Below, one piece after another: positions 23,301 to 30,932 of a stretch of 56,040 bases of DNA. This stretch comes from a virus. Its lineage: Duplodnaviria > Caudoviricetes. The DNA lies in the IMG/VR virus record IMGVR_UViG_3300032269_000733, positions 1 through 56,040 of that record, one strand, 5' to 3'. Each line of letters starts with the position of its first letter. Within the stretch, counting starts at the first letter, position 1. Position numbers and translations under genes: made by a program. The notes beneath the pieces were generated by a model. That model saw only the letters and a list, made by a program, of their open reading frames with translations, had not been told where the DNA came from and ran no database searches.

Positions 23301-23729
23301 GCAAGTAGTTTGGTCAATTTAGCAGAAGGCAGAGAACCTCCCGCATCGAATATTCAAAATCTACCATTTATGAAATCATTCCTGACAGATCCAAATGTAA
23401 GCAAAGCTGTGTCTGATTTTTATAGCCTTCAAGCAAATGCTAAACAAATGGCAGATGCCGTCAACAGATTCAAGGGCGAGGGTAACATTGAAGGCATTAA
23501 GGATATTCTTAATGATGAAGAGAAAAAGAAAGCATATGCATCTGCTGCGCCACTGCGTAAGATTGGTGAAGAAATGACAAAGATACGCAAAGCTATTAAT
23601 TTCTACAAGCAAACTCAAGATATAGATCCCGAAGAACGCAGAAGAAAAATCAATGAATTAACGCAGATATACAACAAGATTGCAGAAAGTGGTTACACCG
23701 TTGCTGATGCTATTGGGGTGGTTCGTTAA
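14334..23729 (+). CDS. Giant polyvalent ejection protein: HExxH metallopeptidase, cargo modules incl. ADP-ribosyltransferase-like repeats, LPD38-like C-terminus
   Basis: 3131 aa; RHESVH...EEAIAEAF; three TPAF..WF..S..V...G.P...Y[HT]GT...G[YF]DG repeats; LPDYVKDDNWLIP...IKIPTPFEVG near C-terminus. Confidence 0.85.
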   Translation: MPIHEVETPDGSIMRVEAPEGASQDAILAFASQNYQPKELKESPESGGIAAAKASVRDIIGQGALTLGRVGLMNPEEAQLRYEKEKQRSAEIFKPTEGTFFQSPLAKTSELLGGSLPYMAAPLVGAAVANPLGAGLIGAGAVSAGQFVGSNLARQLDEGKKEGKTLADTSLTSAVAASIPQALLDTYALKMTPLIRGVFGKAGQEITEKTAQEIAKKGILGTITDVGLTANREGITEAGQQVLERLQAGLNIADEEARKEYFDSYVGGAVLGGVLGAGGHFIEKTMQNKPENEYDSLMTSLRTHFDTASDVPMTDVVGKISELTGEKDLNKIQNFLGGAEQLGHLETVPNEDNTLSIKFKQPTPIEQADDLQKNANPDIYRPEVFESHAELYKAIVPKLKKFGLENVGVKIMDSIENGRADGLWANKVIHLAMDSPNPIGTMRHESVHALRQLGGFKPNEWTVLTNKAKDEWVDKFIKKADLYDQYKDQYVKDNGNLTGFDDYIHEEAIAEAFKHFDQTKPPAGLVGNIYQRLKQFFETIRNGFEGNGFNTADSIFRSLDEGKRAPVQLKKGEINEQSKYNLAQYDEEGRPVQATPINGAEAGEFPRRGELLGGEGRIPQPSRVLAPTQSLDNNPPPVTIPSLGQVSFGAHPQARQVAQEYMANKPYFPATSYVKVDPEQAKRVADAYENMKDDPTNPQVKASYDAMIKETLDQWQAIKKTGLKVEFMQEGMDDPYAESPRLAILDAVNNNHLWVFPTDFGYGEGNVMDEKNNPLLAYTDEIISGKRARANDIFRIVHDYFGHIKDGVGFRADGEENAWRSHVQMYSPLARNAMTIETRGQNSWVNFGPYAEFNKTASAVDTKYAPQKIGLLPEEFVYSGSPFETDHNIGEEDAKKYSFKNKELRPTENAVRPSGGGGEGISLNPRQANAQTYVGHHYSKGERQYLDGSKYGSLDGIAGQEQRRLQYSNDPRIKKRVYFYIPHSELDGKYLPPEQGLGSFKHVQTFNNILGPGPEMSRIYEQSGATSNDMNPFESAVVDAGYDGYAAPRMGMMVILNHDNIPVSFGKYAIRAPLQNAFDYARGKDFKTNRDLKVDLQKIALQKNQQAKINIENFDNKTIEYLSNLGVADALHAIKTNENAVGWYDVTVAKALNIISLLHPEIKTDPDAKFAFTWALAVTSNGIKVDKNFELAEQAYNYYKNNGVMPTDIQAGESQKGINNGLKTFNEMVAKYGIDNTRKFMATEFTPKEIENLTGLKILGENVGTKLLGASIIGPKIGNGFYSNLNGIFDKLTMDRWLMRTWGRWTGTLIENNVAQTKASKTLVDTLLRQMVNDKETKKNFEQVLKKSITKTEVKTEEGRALLAKNIAKSTVKSANRDVFNRTTLGENLRKASNNLAKYLDGQKEAPKTGTERNQIRAVFNSMLKKLQARGYNDLTMADLQALLWYPERRLYDVAKESDTNEGYDDSEAPDYANAAAKLVKENGVSETQINQVIKQTENQYVNRARGVQPNAGNNTPQTSTQGKTRGFTEEERAKFSEQYAPPKPEKAPRVKKEKYSLRAPNTPAFRAWFKGSKVVDEDGKPLIVYHGTAGDAFDVFDKNKIRLMDYDAPFNGFWFSSDKATSPAMRDAKNVISVYLSIKNPAPSNVWKKVSREVYSDQNIRKESRSDNDEVRHRLQDMGYDGIKFSGKPDINANELNEKGYTSFKDVSGKSYTLAKNKEDGGLDLYDGKTDGFPNPQTEEYITGYSNLQEYLNTEKHETWVTFEPNQIKSVFNQAPTESNDIRYSLKAPNTPAFKRWFGNSKIVNTDGTPKVMYHGTAQDIFEFRPKQANAIFVTDNPRFAEGFSDLSSNYMVNEIEKNLPKDKKEKLYRQAKQIAKKEETDFIDEYNNLIKNELPSAQNIIPVFVRSEKPFDYENKQDKEKLWNSLNDDEASAIYRLYLDKDEYSKDLVSDLNSGSWKLIESHPMQHAIKKAGFDGFYIREGGNKNLAVYEPSQLKSATGNQGTFDITSPDIRYALRASKTPAFQKWFGDSVVINEQGEPQIVYTGTSKDKDFTSFNVPKNGTWFTTNPEMASSYASQNDSQGYKRDESEGAKPWDIVATNTASRVIPAFLKIENPFKMTDELFKEHLGGSGSYKRKQANYFETLKYQGYDGIDMGDGIWVVLKNPNQIKTAFNMNPTEKKDMRYSIYPGPRLTKIEAPKSTVNVVKDTASEVWDNIHDNNYLTQNRIAWVDRVSGLTQALQKLPQFDMNGKLRADLLIRAKFQTINFIKNAIQSGIPILNADGTLGVERSENNLARSLILADELDSKFKQFGFTGRSGVAEVARILRGEEIMKEDAVERAKGDALVKQANAHLKMASDLKNLHKFELEYAKKLTKEAKVLYNAGKLREGNLKASEARRIYETNFYREILKETKEARKLMNEGKPLQKVFREFQVTDAKIKWANNILKQIPETENVLSIWRNVNRGLIDLWVETGILDEQTASKYKARDRYVPLFKSREDLDAEGLYNSTGTGTKSTAKIKTLKGAMIDRNIWENMDKHFAKMVAQAYENQTRRVGVDQLKYFGLATITKDRTKANLFFKENGKEVMAIVENPNDLAAFQAMTYEISPIMKMFVPMTKVLRTGALLNPMYWIKQLIRDPIHASLVANSGIVTPFHSMVEFARVIAKNSEEAKILADRGVIGAVDNTLTINEFLKQVGKEKTNPHALAGALHKIMEIHEASDAATRVAIYKKAFAEGMKKFGDKQKATDYAVFKARESINFSVHGNSPILQQLRATIPFFSAAITSLDTVYRAATGYGLNADEKAQARRIFASRAAMMVMLSTVYAMMYQDDDQYKKLPDYVKDDNWLIPTPDGKTFIKIPTPFEVGFLFKTIPEGAVRYMAGTSTGKELMASYYGGLLKNLPANGIPIPQAVKPILETITNHSFFTGNPIEGMSDQGLPVSMRGQRASEFSKMLSRLGLDGIGLSPAKIDNLFQGYFAELGTLSTGMASSLVNLAEGREPPASNIQNLPFMKSFLTDPNVSKAVSDFYSLQANAKQMADAVNRFKGEGNIEGIKDILNDEEKKKAYASAAPLRKIGEEMTKIRKAINFYKQTQDIDPEERRRKINELTQIYNKIAESGYTVADAIGVVR

Positions 23730-23994
23730 TTAACCCCAAGGTGAGTTCAAGTAAGGCTTCCTCGGTAGTGTTGTAAGTTCGTTCCCACGCTTTTCGTCCA
23801 AGCCCGTGAACACCGGTATTTCCTCGGTGGTGCTCAGGACAGAGTCCAATAACAGGGGCGAGACTTCTTTTTCCTCCCAACCGTCTGATATGATGGATTT
23901 CACATGGAGTATCATGGTAGCCAAGTGCGGATTTACACAATATACATCCCAATCTTGCAACTTTGTCATAGTGTTTTCTTTCTTCTTTGTTCAT
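23710..23994 (-). CDS. Ref-like (recombination enhancement, RecA-dependent) HNH nuclease
   Basis: GCILC, EIHHIR, LCPEHHRG..GVH motifs; TAATG overlap start. Confidence 0.75.
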   Translation of the reverse strand: MNKEERKHYDKVARLGCILCKSALGYHDTPCEIHHIRRLGGKRSLAPVIGLCPEHHRGNTGVHGLGRKAWERTYNTTEEALLELTLGLINEPPQ

Positions 23995-24209
23995 TAACAT
24001 CTACCGTCATCGTCAAGATCAGTATCAATAACACTGACCTGAACGTTTAAACCGACAGACTCAGCCAGCACAACCAAATCATCTATAGTTTTGTCTGTGC
24101 CATCTACCATAGGTGAAATACTACCTGTTTTGTTTTTAATGTTTGTAATCAATATTGCCTTAATTTTACGATGAATTGCATCAATATCCACACCGCTAAA
24201 ATAAGTCAT
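23994..24209 (-). CDS. Hypothetical protein
   Basis: 71-aa ORF coupled to neighbours by overlapping start/stop. Confidence 0.6.
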   Translation of the reverse strand: MTYFSGVDIDAIHRKIKAILITNIKNKTGSISPMVDGTDKTIDDLVVLAESVGLNVQVSVIDTDLDDDGRC

Positions 24210-24388
24210 TTTTCCCTCTCTTTCATCATTAAGTCTGCCATTTCGTAAGCCAATTTAACCATTAGCTCGCCTGAGTTTCTGTAATAATCGGTTTTATTAT
24301 TTGCTAAAAATCCTGTAATAACTTGACTAGCAAAATAATCTCTTAAATCCATAAACCTGCCGTCAGAGTCTTTTGGAAATGCTTTCAT
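24206..24388 (-). CDS. Small phage protein (LRDYFA family)
   Basis: MDLRDYFA...AYEMADLM..ER motif; paralogue at 26355. Confidence 0.7.
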   Translation of the reverse strand: MKAFPKDSDGRFMDLRDYFASQVITGFLANNKTDYYRNSGELMVKLAYEMADLMMKEREK

Positions 24389-24693
24389 TTCTCACTCGCT
24401 TTCTTTAATAACTCTTTAGCAAACTCAATTGGCTTTAAATACATTTGCCCTTCATCAATGTTGTACAACTCTACTCTATCGTATATTTCCATTATTTCCT
24501 CATCTGTTAGTTCACGCATTTCTAATGCTACGGCTCTTTGATGCTGTTCCTCTGCAAAATTTTGAATAAATCTATTTGCGTTTTTTAACGATTCTATTTC
24601 TTGGGCTTGTTGACGTAATGTTTCAGCCGCTTTGTCAATATGAGTGCCTGTATAAAACTGTTCTAATCTATCAGCCAAATCATTTGCAGTCAT
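24385..24693 (-). CDS. Hypothetical phage protein
   Basis: MTANDLAD start by ATGA overlap; LRQQAQEIE and RELTDEEI motifs. Confidence 0.65.
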   Translation of the reverse strand: MTANDLADRLEQFYTGTHIDKAAETLRQQAQEIESLKNANRFIQNFAEEQHQRAVALEMRELTDEEIMEIYDRVELYNIDEGQMYLKPIEFAKELLKKASEK

Positions 24694-24881
24694 TTCTTCC
24701 TCGCAATTCTGCAATCAGTTTTCTCTTGTGGTGTAAAATCGGGGCTAATTTCCGACAGTTCACAGTTCTTTGTACCCCAATGGGTCTGCGTTTCTTTAAG
24801 AGCAAGTTCCGTCATAAAGATCAGATACAAGCAAATAATTATTGTAGATACATAAATTACACCCATCAGTCTATCCTTCAT
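24690..24881 (-). CDS. Small membrane-anchored protein
   Basis: N-terminal TM; C.LSEISPDF...C motif. Confidence 0.6.
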   Translation of the reverse strand: MKDRLMGVIYVSTIIICLYLIFMTELALKETQTHWGTKNCELSEISPDFTPQEKTDCRIARKK

Positions 24882-25303
24882 TGAATGATCTTTCCATATT
24901 GTCTTAACAAATCTTTCTTAATTAAAAACCCTTTCTTAGAATGTATGTCACCCGTACCAACAAACTCAACGTACTGCAATTTATTCATAAAAATACACTC
25001 AATGATTGACATCGGTTTAATTAATAAATAATCATGGTCATCATAAAAAACCCAAAAATATGCAGTGGTTGTCATCAATGCAGATATTTTATTATTAAAT
25101 TCAATTTCAACAAGATAATTTCCTGTGTCATTACTCATGGGGTCATACTTTACTTCAACACCATAATTTTTCTCAGGCACCCATATGTCATACCCTTTGA
25201 AACCATTTATCAAGGTGGAACATGGGTATTTTCTTTTAATGATATTTAAAAATCTTTTTTCTACATCAATGCCTCGTTCTAGATCTACGGCAAATGAGCT
25301 CAT
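24878..25303 (-). CDS. Putative PD-(D/E)xK nuclease-fold protein
   Basis: G...E, YDI...VEVKYD...TGN..VE pattern; coupled to methylase. Confidence 0.55.
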   Translation of the reverse strand: MSSFAVDLERGIDVEKRFLNIIKRKYPCSTLINGFKGYDIWVPEKNYGVEVKYDPMSNDTGNYLVEIEFNNKISALMTTTAYFWVFYDDHDYLLIKPMSIIECIFMNKLQYVEFVGTGDIHSKKGFLIKKDLLRQYGKIIQ

Positions 25304-26358
25304 AGCAGCTCCAACGACTGTTGTCTAAGACGTTTAAACTGCAAGTCTTTGTATTCAGGATTAAGCTCACAGCCCATGTATTTTCTACCTAAGTGTTGAG
25401 CAACTTCAGCGGTTGTTCCTGAGCCCATGAATGGATCTAAAACAGTATCGCCAAACTTAGTACTAGCAAGCACCATGGGCTCAATCAAATCATTCGGAAA
25501 TACGGCAAAATGAGCGCCCTTGTAAGGCTTGGTATTTACTGTCCATACAGAGCGTTTGTTTGCCATCTCGTAGCTTTTGGTAAGCCCTGAGTGTGGTTGC
25601 AAGCCTGTGCCTTCGTTATGGTACTTACCATCATCCCTGTTTCTTGTTCCCCAATCTTCTTTGACAGGCTCTTTAATGGCTTCATTGTCAAAATAATAAT
25701 GTGGCTTCTTAGATAACAAAAATATATACTCATGACTTTTGGTACATCTATCCCTAACTGACTCAGGCATGGGATTAGGCTTACTCCAAATGATATCTTG
25801 ACGCAGATACCATCCAAATTCTTGTAGGGCAAATGCAACTCGCCATGGAATACCAATTAAGTTCTTGGGTCTAATCCCACTATTGTTGCCACTCGTAGGT
25901 GATTTAAACGCTACAAACTTATCTTGTCCAAATGATTGAGCAACTGAACCATTCCCATTGCTACCAGCATAGGAATCGCCAAGATTAACCCAAAGAGTGC
26001 CATCGTCAGCAAGAATGTTATAGACGTGAGCAAATACCTCCACAATGTTATTAACATACCCATCGATTGTTTCCTCTAGTCCAATTTGCATATCTTCACG
26101 CACTGCACCACAACGTGGGCATGATGATTTATAAATACCGTCCCCGACTGCACCTTCTAGATTTACATGACCTGTAATGGTTTTGTCAGACATTTTGCTA
26201 TCCCTCTTGTGAGAGCAACTAATATCGCCTCCCACCCAAGTACCTGTGCCATAATCCCTTAAACCATAATAAGGAGGGGATGTAATGCATGTCTGTACCT
26301 TTACCCCTTCCTCTGCCCATCGCCTCATGATGTCCCTACAATCCCCAAACTCAATCAT
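25300..26358 (-). CDS. Amino-DNA methyltransferase (N4-C/N6-A, beta class)
   Basis: Motif IV TSPPY before motif I DPFMGSGT; IIWSKPNPMPES; H.AVFP. Confidence 0.95.
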   Translation of the reverse strand: MIEFGDCRDIMRRWAEEGVKVQTCITSPPYYGLRDYGTGTWVGGDISCSHKRDSKMSDKTITGHVNLEGAVGDGIYKSSCPRCGAVREDMQIGLEETIDGYVNNIVEVFAHVYNILADDGTLWVNLGDSYAGSNGNGSVAQSFGQDKFVAFKSPTSGNNSGIRPKNLIGIPWRVAFALQEFGWYLRQDIIWSKPNPMPESVRDRCTKSHEYIFLLSKKPHYYFDNEAIKEPVKEDWGTRNRDDGKYHNEGTGLQPHSGLTKSYEMANKRSVWTVNTKPYKGAHFAVFPNDLIEPMVLASTKFGDTVLDPFMGSGTTAEVAQHLGRKYMGCELNPEYKDLQFKRLRQQSLELL

Positions 26359-26549
26359 TTTCTTGTCCTTTTTGGTATTGATACAATCCCATCTTCTTTA
26401 ATTTTTCTTGCTTCTATCATTGCATCTGCTTGTTTGTAAGAGGACTCAGCAACTGCATCCATATCAAATTTACCACCACTACAACTAATCAAACCGTTCA
26501 TGGCAAATCCAGCAAACAAGTCCCTTAAATACTTATCATCATCCGTCAT
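26355..26549 (-). CDS. Small phage protein (LRDxFA family)
   Basis: YLRDLFAG..M.G...SYKQADAMIEAR. Confidence 0.7.
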   Translation of the reverse strand: MTDDDKYLRDLFAGFAMNGLISCSGGKFDMDAVAESSYKQADAMIEARKIKEDGIVSIPKRTRK

Positions 26550-26926
26550 TTTTCCTCACCCATGTTTAAATTAATTTTATCTACAATTTCTTGTATAACA
26601 CCTGATGATTTTTCTAACCTAGACAACCCAAAGACTCTGCGTTGCATAAATTCTTTTTCTTCTTCATCAGAATAGTTACGCTCAACCTTAACTTTATTTT
26701 GGAGCTCTCTAAGTGATTGAACATCAAACTGATTAAATGTATCTAACCGTCCATGTTCTTGCTTAATTAAATCAAACGCTATATTAATATCTCCTTTAAC
26801 ATAATTAATTGATAGTTCAACATCTTTTACCTTTGACATGGATGGGTCAATCGCTAATATTAAATAAAGTAAACGATAAATTACCCAATCACTTTCTTTA
26901 ATGTCCATTTGTTTTCCCTCGTTCAT
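26546..26926 (-). CDS. Hypothetical protein
   Basis: 126-aa ORF with ATGA overlaps on both sides. Confidence 0.6.
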   Translation of the reverse strand: MNEGKQMDIKESDWVIYRLLYLILAIDPSMSKVKDVELSINYVKGDINIAFDLIKQEHGRLDTFNQFDVQSLRELQNKVKVERNYSDEEEKEFMQRRVFGLSRLEKSSGVIQEIVDKINLNMGEEK

Positions 26927-27219
26927 GCTTTCTCCCTGACGTAATTTAAAATATCATCACAAACCAACTCGGCAAATGATTTTCCTGACGGGAATTTCAT
27001 CTGTGCCCCCTTGTTTTCCTGAGTGATTCTCATTGCCTCGTTTAAACCTTCATTAAAACCTTTGTTGAAAAGGTCGTCATCACCACTAAGTCTTATGTTG
27101 ACTGCCTCTTCAACCACTTTGGTTTTAGGAACTTGGTTTACCTTGGCATACTTGCTCAACTTATCATCCACATCTGTAGGCAGATAAATTAATACTGCTC
27201 GTTTCCTAGAACGGGTCAT
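26923..27219 (-). CDS. Putative ribbon-helix-helix DNA-binding protein
   Basis: VLIYLP.DVDDKLSKYAK....PKTKVVEEAV matches RHH pattern; GGAG SD before ATG 27219. Confidence 0.55.
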   Translation of the reverse strand: MTRSRKRAVLIYLPTDVDDKLSKYAKVNQVPKTKVVEEAVNIRLSGDDDLFNKGFNEGLNEAMRITQENKGAQMKFPSGKSFAELVCDDILNYVREKA

Positions 27220-27622
27220 TCTTGTCACTCCAATCTTCGTAGTCACGCATCAGATCATCAAACCGCTCTTGTGCATCTTGGTTATGGTTTAACTCTGCAC
27301 GTGATTGAATCATTAATATGTTGTAGAGTGCATTAACACATTCCTCTTTAGTGGTAACGGTCAATGAGTTTTCATCACGCAACCACTGCCAAAACATCCT
27401 ATCACGCTCAAGCATGCCTGCTTTTCTAACCCTAGGATCAGGCACAGGTACAGGAGTTTCATCGTCATTAATTCTGACCATGGCAACACCGTACCGTGAG
27501 CCAACAAAATCCCTGAGCAACTCGTCAGGGATTTCATCAGGGTGTAAATTCAGAGTAAGCACGTAGCCCGAACGGTCTTGTTTTAATGCAATCTTAACCG
27601 CTTCGAATTGTAACGCTCTCAT
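27206..27622 (-). CDS. Conserved hypothetical phage protein
   Basis: QFEAVKIALKQD..GYVLTL.LHPD; IQSRAEL C-terminal motif. Confidence 0.7.
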   Translation of the reverse strand: MRALQFEAVKIALKQDRSGYVLTLNLHPDEIPDELLRDFVGSRYGVAMVRINDDETPVPVPDPRVRKAGMLERDRMFWQWLRDENSLTVTTKEECVNALYNILMIQSRAELNHNQDAQERFDDLMRDYEDWSDKNDPF

Positions 27623-27816
27623 TTTGGTAGCCCTAATTTGGTTTCAAGATAATCAATTACCACTTTGTATTGCTCAATTTGATGAGTTAAACTCACAATG
27701 ATTTCTCCTTGTGTGCGTTTAAACGTGTCAATAAAAGAGCTTGGAGCTGGCAATTCTTCGGGAGGTCTTACTTTACGAGGTCTACCACGTTTTGGTTTAG
27801 AAAGGGATGTCATCAT
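27619..27816 (-). CDS. Small protein with AT-hook-like motif
   Basis: KPKRGRPRK. Confidence 0.55.
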   Translation of the reverse strand: MMTSLSKPKRGRPRKVRPPEELPAPSSFIDTFKRTQGEIIVSLTHQIEQYKVVIDYLETKLGLPK

Positions 27817-28078
27817 CTAACTCCTGTACTTTGTTTTCTCTTGGCATGTCTTGTTCTTGCATTGGCGCTAACTGCAAGGATAAAAACGTTGAGCCTGTTT
27901 TGGATTGTTTTTTCCATCCTGAGATGCGTACTTTGCCATTGCCGTTGTGCAATCCTAGCTTGCTAACGTCAATGGTTATATCGCCCCAATAATCAGGTGA
28001 TTTTTCTGTTTTCTTTGACTTGCTTGCCATCAAAGATCCTGAGTTTGGTGGTGCTTCATATGGTTTATCGTATTTCAT
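27797..28078 (-). CDS. Putative small ssDNA-binding protein with SSB-type acidic tail
   Basis: PDYWG, ISGWKK, FLSL, ends DDDIPF; adjacent to ERF. Confidence 0.65.
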   Translation of the reverse strand: MKYDKPYEAPPNSGSLMASKSKKTEKSPDYWGDITIDVSKLGLHNGNGKVRISGWKKQSKTGSTFLSLQLAPMQEQDMPRENKVQELDDDIPF

Positions 28079-28737
28079 TTTTCTTCCTTAAATTTAGATT
28101 TGTATTCTGCAAACTTGCTGAGTAAATCCTTAAATAAATCAGGAGCCTCTGTCTTCATACGATCAATTTCTTTCTGATTGTGTTTCCAAAAGCTAGACAA
28201 CTCTTTTAGATTCTGACAATCAGCACCGAACGTGACCAATATTTCATGCAGTTTCTCAATTGATTCATTGTTTGTTTCTACTTCAACAGGGCTAAAACTA
28301 TCACCGCCCTGTACTACTTCAACTACCTTTGTAACTTCTTTTACTTCTACTGCTTTGGGTTTTACTTCTTGGGGCATTGCGTCTACCCCATCATGCTCGA
28401 CAATTTCCATTGCCATCAGCCATAAATATCTACGCAGATACGTATGAGTACTGCCAAGGTTTTGTATTGCCTGACCCTTGGTATTCTCTGCATGGACTAT
28501 GGGGGTTGTAAATGTGACATGACCATCGCCCTCTGTCTCATAAACAGTCAGCGTAGCAAACTCACCGAAACTCACTACCCCACATAAACCAACATCATTA
28601 AATATGTTATGAATGGTAGGAATAAAATCCCCTAACTCAAAATATTCGTAACCCGCAAACTTGTTTTTCCCTGATTTTTTTAACGGGGATTGCACAAGGT
28701 TTAAACGTGCTTGTTGTAACTTCTTGTAAATGCTCAT
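28075..28737 (-). CDS. erf: ERF-family single-strand annealing recombinase
   Basis: KSGKNKFAGYEYFEL.D; Q.LGS..TY.RRY...A.EI...D.D ERF motif. Confidence 0.85.
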   Translation of the reverse strand: MSIYKKLQQARLNLVQSPLKKSGKNKFAGYEYFELGDFIPTIHNIFNDVGLCGVVSFGEFATLTVYETEGDGHVTFTTPIVHAENTKGQAIQNLGSTHTYLRRYLWLMAMEIVEHDGVDAMPQEVKPKAVEVKEVTKVVEVVQGGDSFSPVEVETNNESIEKLHEILVTFGADCQNLKELSSFWKHNQKEIDRMKTEAPDLFKDLLSKFAEYKSKFKEEK

Positions 28738-28946
28738 GTTGCTTTCCTTTTTCCAAATTCATAATCGGTTCTGTATTCAGATGGTGGTTGCCATCCTTGT
28801 TTCTTCCATGTTGCTAGTACATCTGACCCTGACTTGTAAACAAATGCAGAGTTTGTTGCTATTGCCATATCAGGTTTTTTATCCTGATTTGTTTGCTTGC
28901 GAATATATTTAAGAACGCTAATCATTGCTACCTCCTTATTTTTCAC
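28734..28946 (-). CDS. Hypothetical protein
   Basis: F.Y....DV.ATWKK.GW.PPS motif; coupled ORF. Confidence 0.6.
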   Translation of the reverse strand: MKNKEVAMISVLKYIRKQTNQDKKPDMAIATNSAFVYKSGSDVLATWKKQGWQPPSEYRTDYEFGKRKAT

Positions 28947-29313
28947 GAATCACTGATACAAGTTTTTTATCTTTATTTATTGAAGTTATTACAGATTTAC
29001 TACCCCATCGTGCATGTGCTCTTGCGCAAATATTGCTTTGCAAATCCGCTCCTGAGTAAATATGAAATGGAACTTCAATTCTTTGCCCAACCTCTAACTT
29101 GTCTAAAATTGGTCGAACATATGGGTCAAACGATTGAACACGTGTACGTGATTCTTTTTGTGGTTGATTTGTATACACATTGCCATCTACATCAGTAACT
29201 GTATATATACACCCTCGTTCTTTTAAATTCTTAATAGCATTTGTCATTGACCTAAAATCAAGAAAATCCATTAATGAATCTCTATCTTGATGCGTTGGTA
29301 TTTCTTTGTTCAT
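28936..29313 (-). CDS. Hypothetical protein
   Basis: Start moved to ATG 29313 (ATGA overlap, GGAGG SD). Confidence 0.65.
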   Translation of the reverse strand: MNKEIPTHQDRDSLMDFLDFRSMTNAIKNLKERGCIYTVTDVDGNVYTNQPQKESRTRVQSFDPYVRPILDKLEVGQRIEVPFHIYSGADLQSNICARAHARWGSKSVITSINKDKKLVSVIREK

Positions 29314-30194
29314 ACTTCCTCCTTTAATGAGTTTTGATATTGAGTACACCACTGCGATACACCACAAAAATTACCTGTGCATCGTACTGATTCGCCTTTA
29401 CGGATCTCTATGAACCCCTTGTCTTTCTCAGGCATTTCTTTTAACAACTCCTGTGCTTCTGCTTCTGTTTCAAATACACGTACTGCCGTCTTCCTCCCTT
29501 CTTTCTTAACTGCATATTTTGTTGTTCTCATCCAACGCTCTTCATCAGTACACAAGGGCAATTCTTCACCCCAATCTGCTTGAACCTTGGAATCCCTGTG
29601 CAACTCTAAACGGTGCTCAATAAACTTCTCTGTCTCCTCGTATGACCACATAGGAATGTCTACTATCTGCATCTGTGCTTGTGGGTAATCAGGCTTTACA
29701 GAAGCCTCCATACGGCTCCAATCACGTAGCATGGCACATATCTTCAATGCTTTAACAGGCTTCTTCTTAACACGCTCTACAAGGTACTTGTAAATGTTTT
29801 GTTGTTGTTCCCAATCAGGCTTGTCATTCATGAGTGACCATACCGATGTGAACTTGTAGTCCATGACAGTGATGCCATCTTCTTCATCTTTTTGTAAATC
29901 AATTGCACCTGAGAGAATAACGTCATTGAACCCCACAGAGATACGCTCTTCATTGGTGTGATGCTCTACCTCAGAACGTTCTGCTACTACATGCAAGGCA
30001 GTGCCAAGTAACATCCATAACATGTCAGCAACGTCTTGCTCCATCTCATGGTGATGTAGTCTGCGTAATCTTTGTACACGTGGGGGTGAAATAATTTCTG
30101 TAACACTATAGTCAGCCTTACCCTTTGTGTAGTAATCTCTAGATGCAAGGGCAACAAAGGTTTCGGGTAAGTTATGCTTATTGGTAATCTTCAA
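29310..30194 (-). CDS. PD-(D/E)xK exonuclease (RecB/Cas4-like), likely partner of ERF
   Basis: GTALH, SGAID, DYKFT, Q.NIY, terminal RC..FC....C; TTG start with AGGAGG SD. Confidence 0.85.
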   Translation of the reverse strand: MKITNKHNLPETFVALASRDYYTKGKADYSVTEIISPPRVQRLRRLHHHEMEQDVADMLWMLLGTALHVVAERSEVEHHTNEERISVGFNDVILSGAIDLQKDEEDGITVMDYKFTSVWSLMNDKPDWEQQQNIYKYLVERVKKKPVKALKICAMLRDWSRMEASVKPDYPQAQMQIVDIPMWSYEETEKFIEHRLELHRDSKVQADWGEELPLCTDEERWMRTTKYAVKKEGRKTAVRVFETEAEAQELLKEMPEKDKGFIEIRKGESVRCTGNFCGVSQWCTQYQNSLKEEV

Positions 30195-30221
30195 GGTAGC
30201 CTCCTTATTAATCGAACTTCT

Positions 30222-30250
30222 ATAATATTACTATCAAAATTAAAATGCAA
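30222..30250 (-). promoter_or_regulatory. Sigma70-type promoter for the leftward recombination operon
   Basis: Minus strand TTGCAT-N17-TATTAT upstream of AGGAGG and start at 30194. Confidence 0.55.
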
Positions 30251-30610
30251 GCAATATTTTTAAAAATATTTGGTGAGCCTGCCAGCAAAGCAAACAGTCG
30301 CAGATTAGTTGCACGTCACGGCAAGCCAATGTTTATCAAGTCATCCAAGGCGTTATCATACGCCACCATGTTTAAACAACAATGCGTTGTTTCGCCATCC
30401 CAAAAAATATCAGAAGATGTTGTGGTAACGATTCGCATTTGGTACGCATCACGCAGACCTGATTTAGATGAAAGCTTAATCTTGGATTTGCTACAGGGTA
30501 TTGCTTATGACAACGACAGGCAAGTCAAGGAAAAACATATTTATTGGATGGGTGTTGATAAAACAAATCCACGGTGTGAGATAACAGTGGAAAAAATAAA
30601 GGACTCCTGA
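30245..30610 (+). CDS. rusA: RusA-like Holliday junction resolvase
   Basis: P.SK.NSRR, RRPDLD...LD.LQ...Y.NDRQV. Confidence 0.82.
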   Translation: MQAIFLKIFGEPASKANSRRLVARHGKPMFIKSSKALSYATMFKQQCVVSPSQKISEDVVVTIRIWYASRRPDLDESLILDLLQGIAYDNDRQVKEKHIYWMGVDKTNPRCEITVEKIKDS

Positions 30611-30806
30611 GTGTGTGTGGGATTCGGAGTCCTTTACCAAACGCTAGGGTTTGTATTACAGGAGGCTAATCAAGTAATGAATTTATTATATATCAAAAAA
30701 AATATTTATCAACAACAAGAACGTTCATCTTGTATCTTTATTATGTTAAATTAAAATAACTGCTGACTTCATTTGATGTTTCCTTCCAACCTTCGTGAGA
30801 GGTTTT

Positions 30807-30835
30807 AGACCGTTTAAACAACGGTCTTTTTTTTA
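30807..30835 (+). terminator. Intrinsic terminator
   Basis: AGACCGTT-TAAAC-AACGGTCT followed by a T run. Confidence 0.65.
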
Positions 30836-30932
30836 CCAGCACAGCCAGCTCGCAGCCGGGTCCACCATCACAACGTTTAAACAACGGCAGGAATATTCGG
30901 GAATACCACTACAAAAATATTTTAAAAATGTG

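Noticed and set aside
14891-23618. Many short antisense ORFs within the giant gene and other long genes
   Set aside because: Shadow ORFs opposite well-supported genes, with no SD or motifs
29310-30194. Cas4 as evidence of a CRISPR system
   Set aside because: Stand-alone phage exonuclease in a recombination operon; no array or other cas genes
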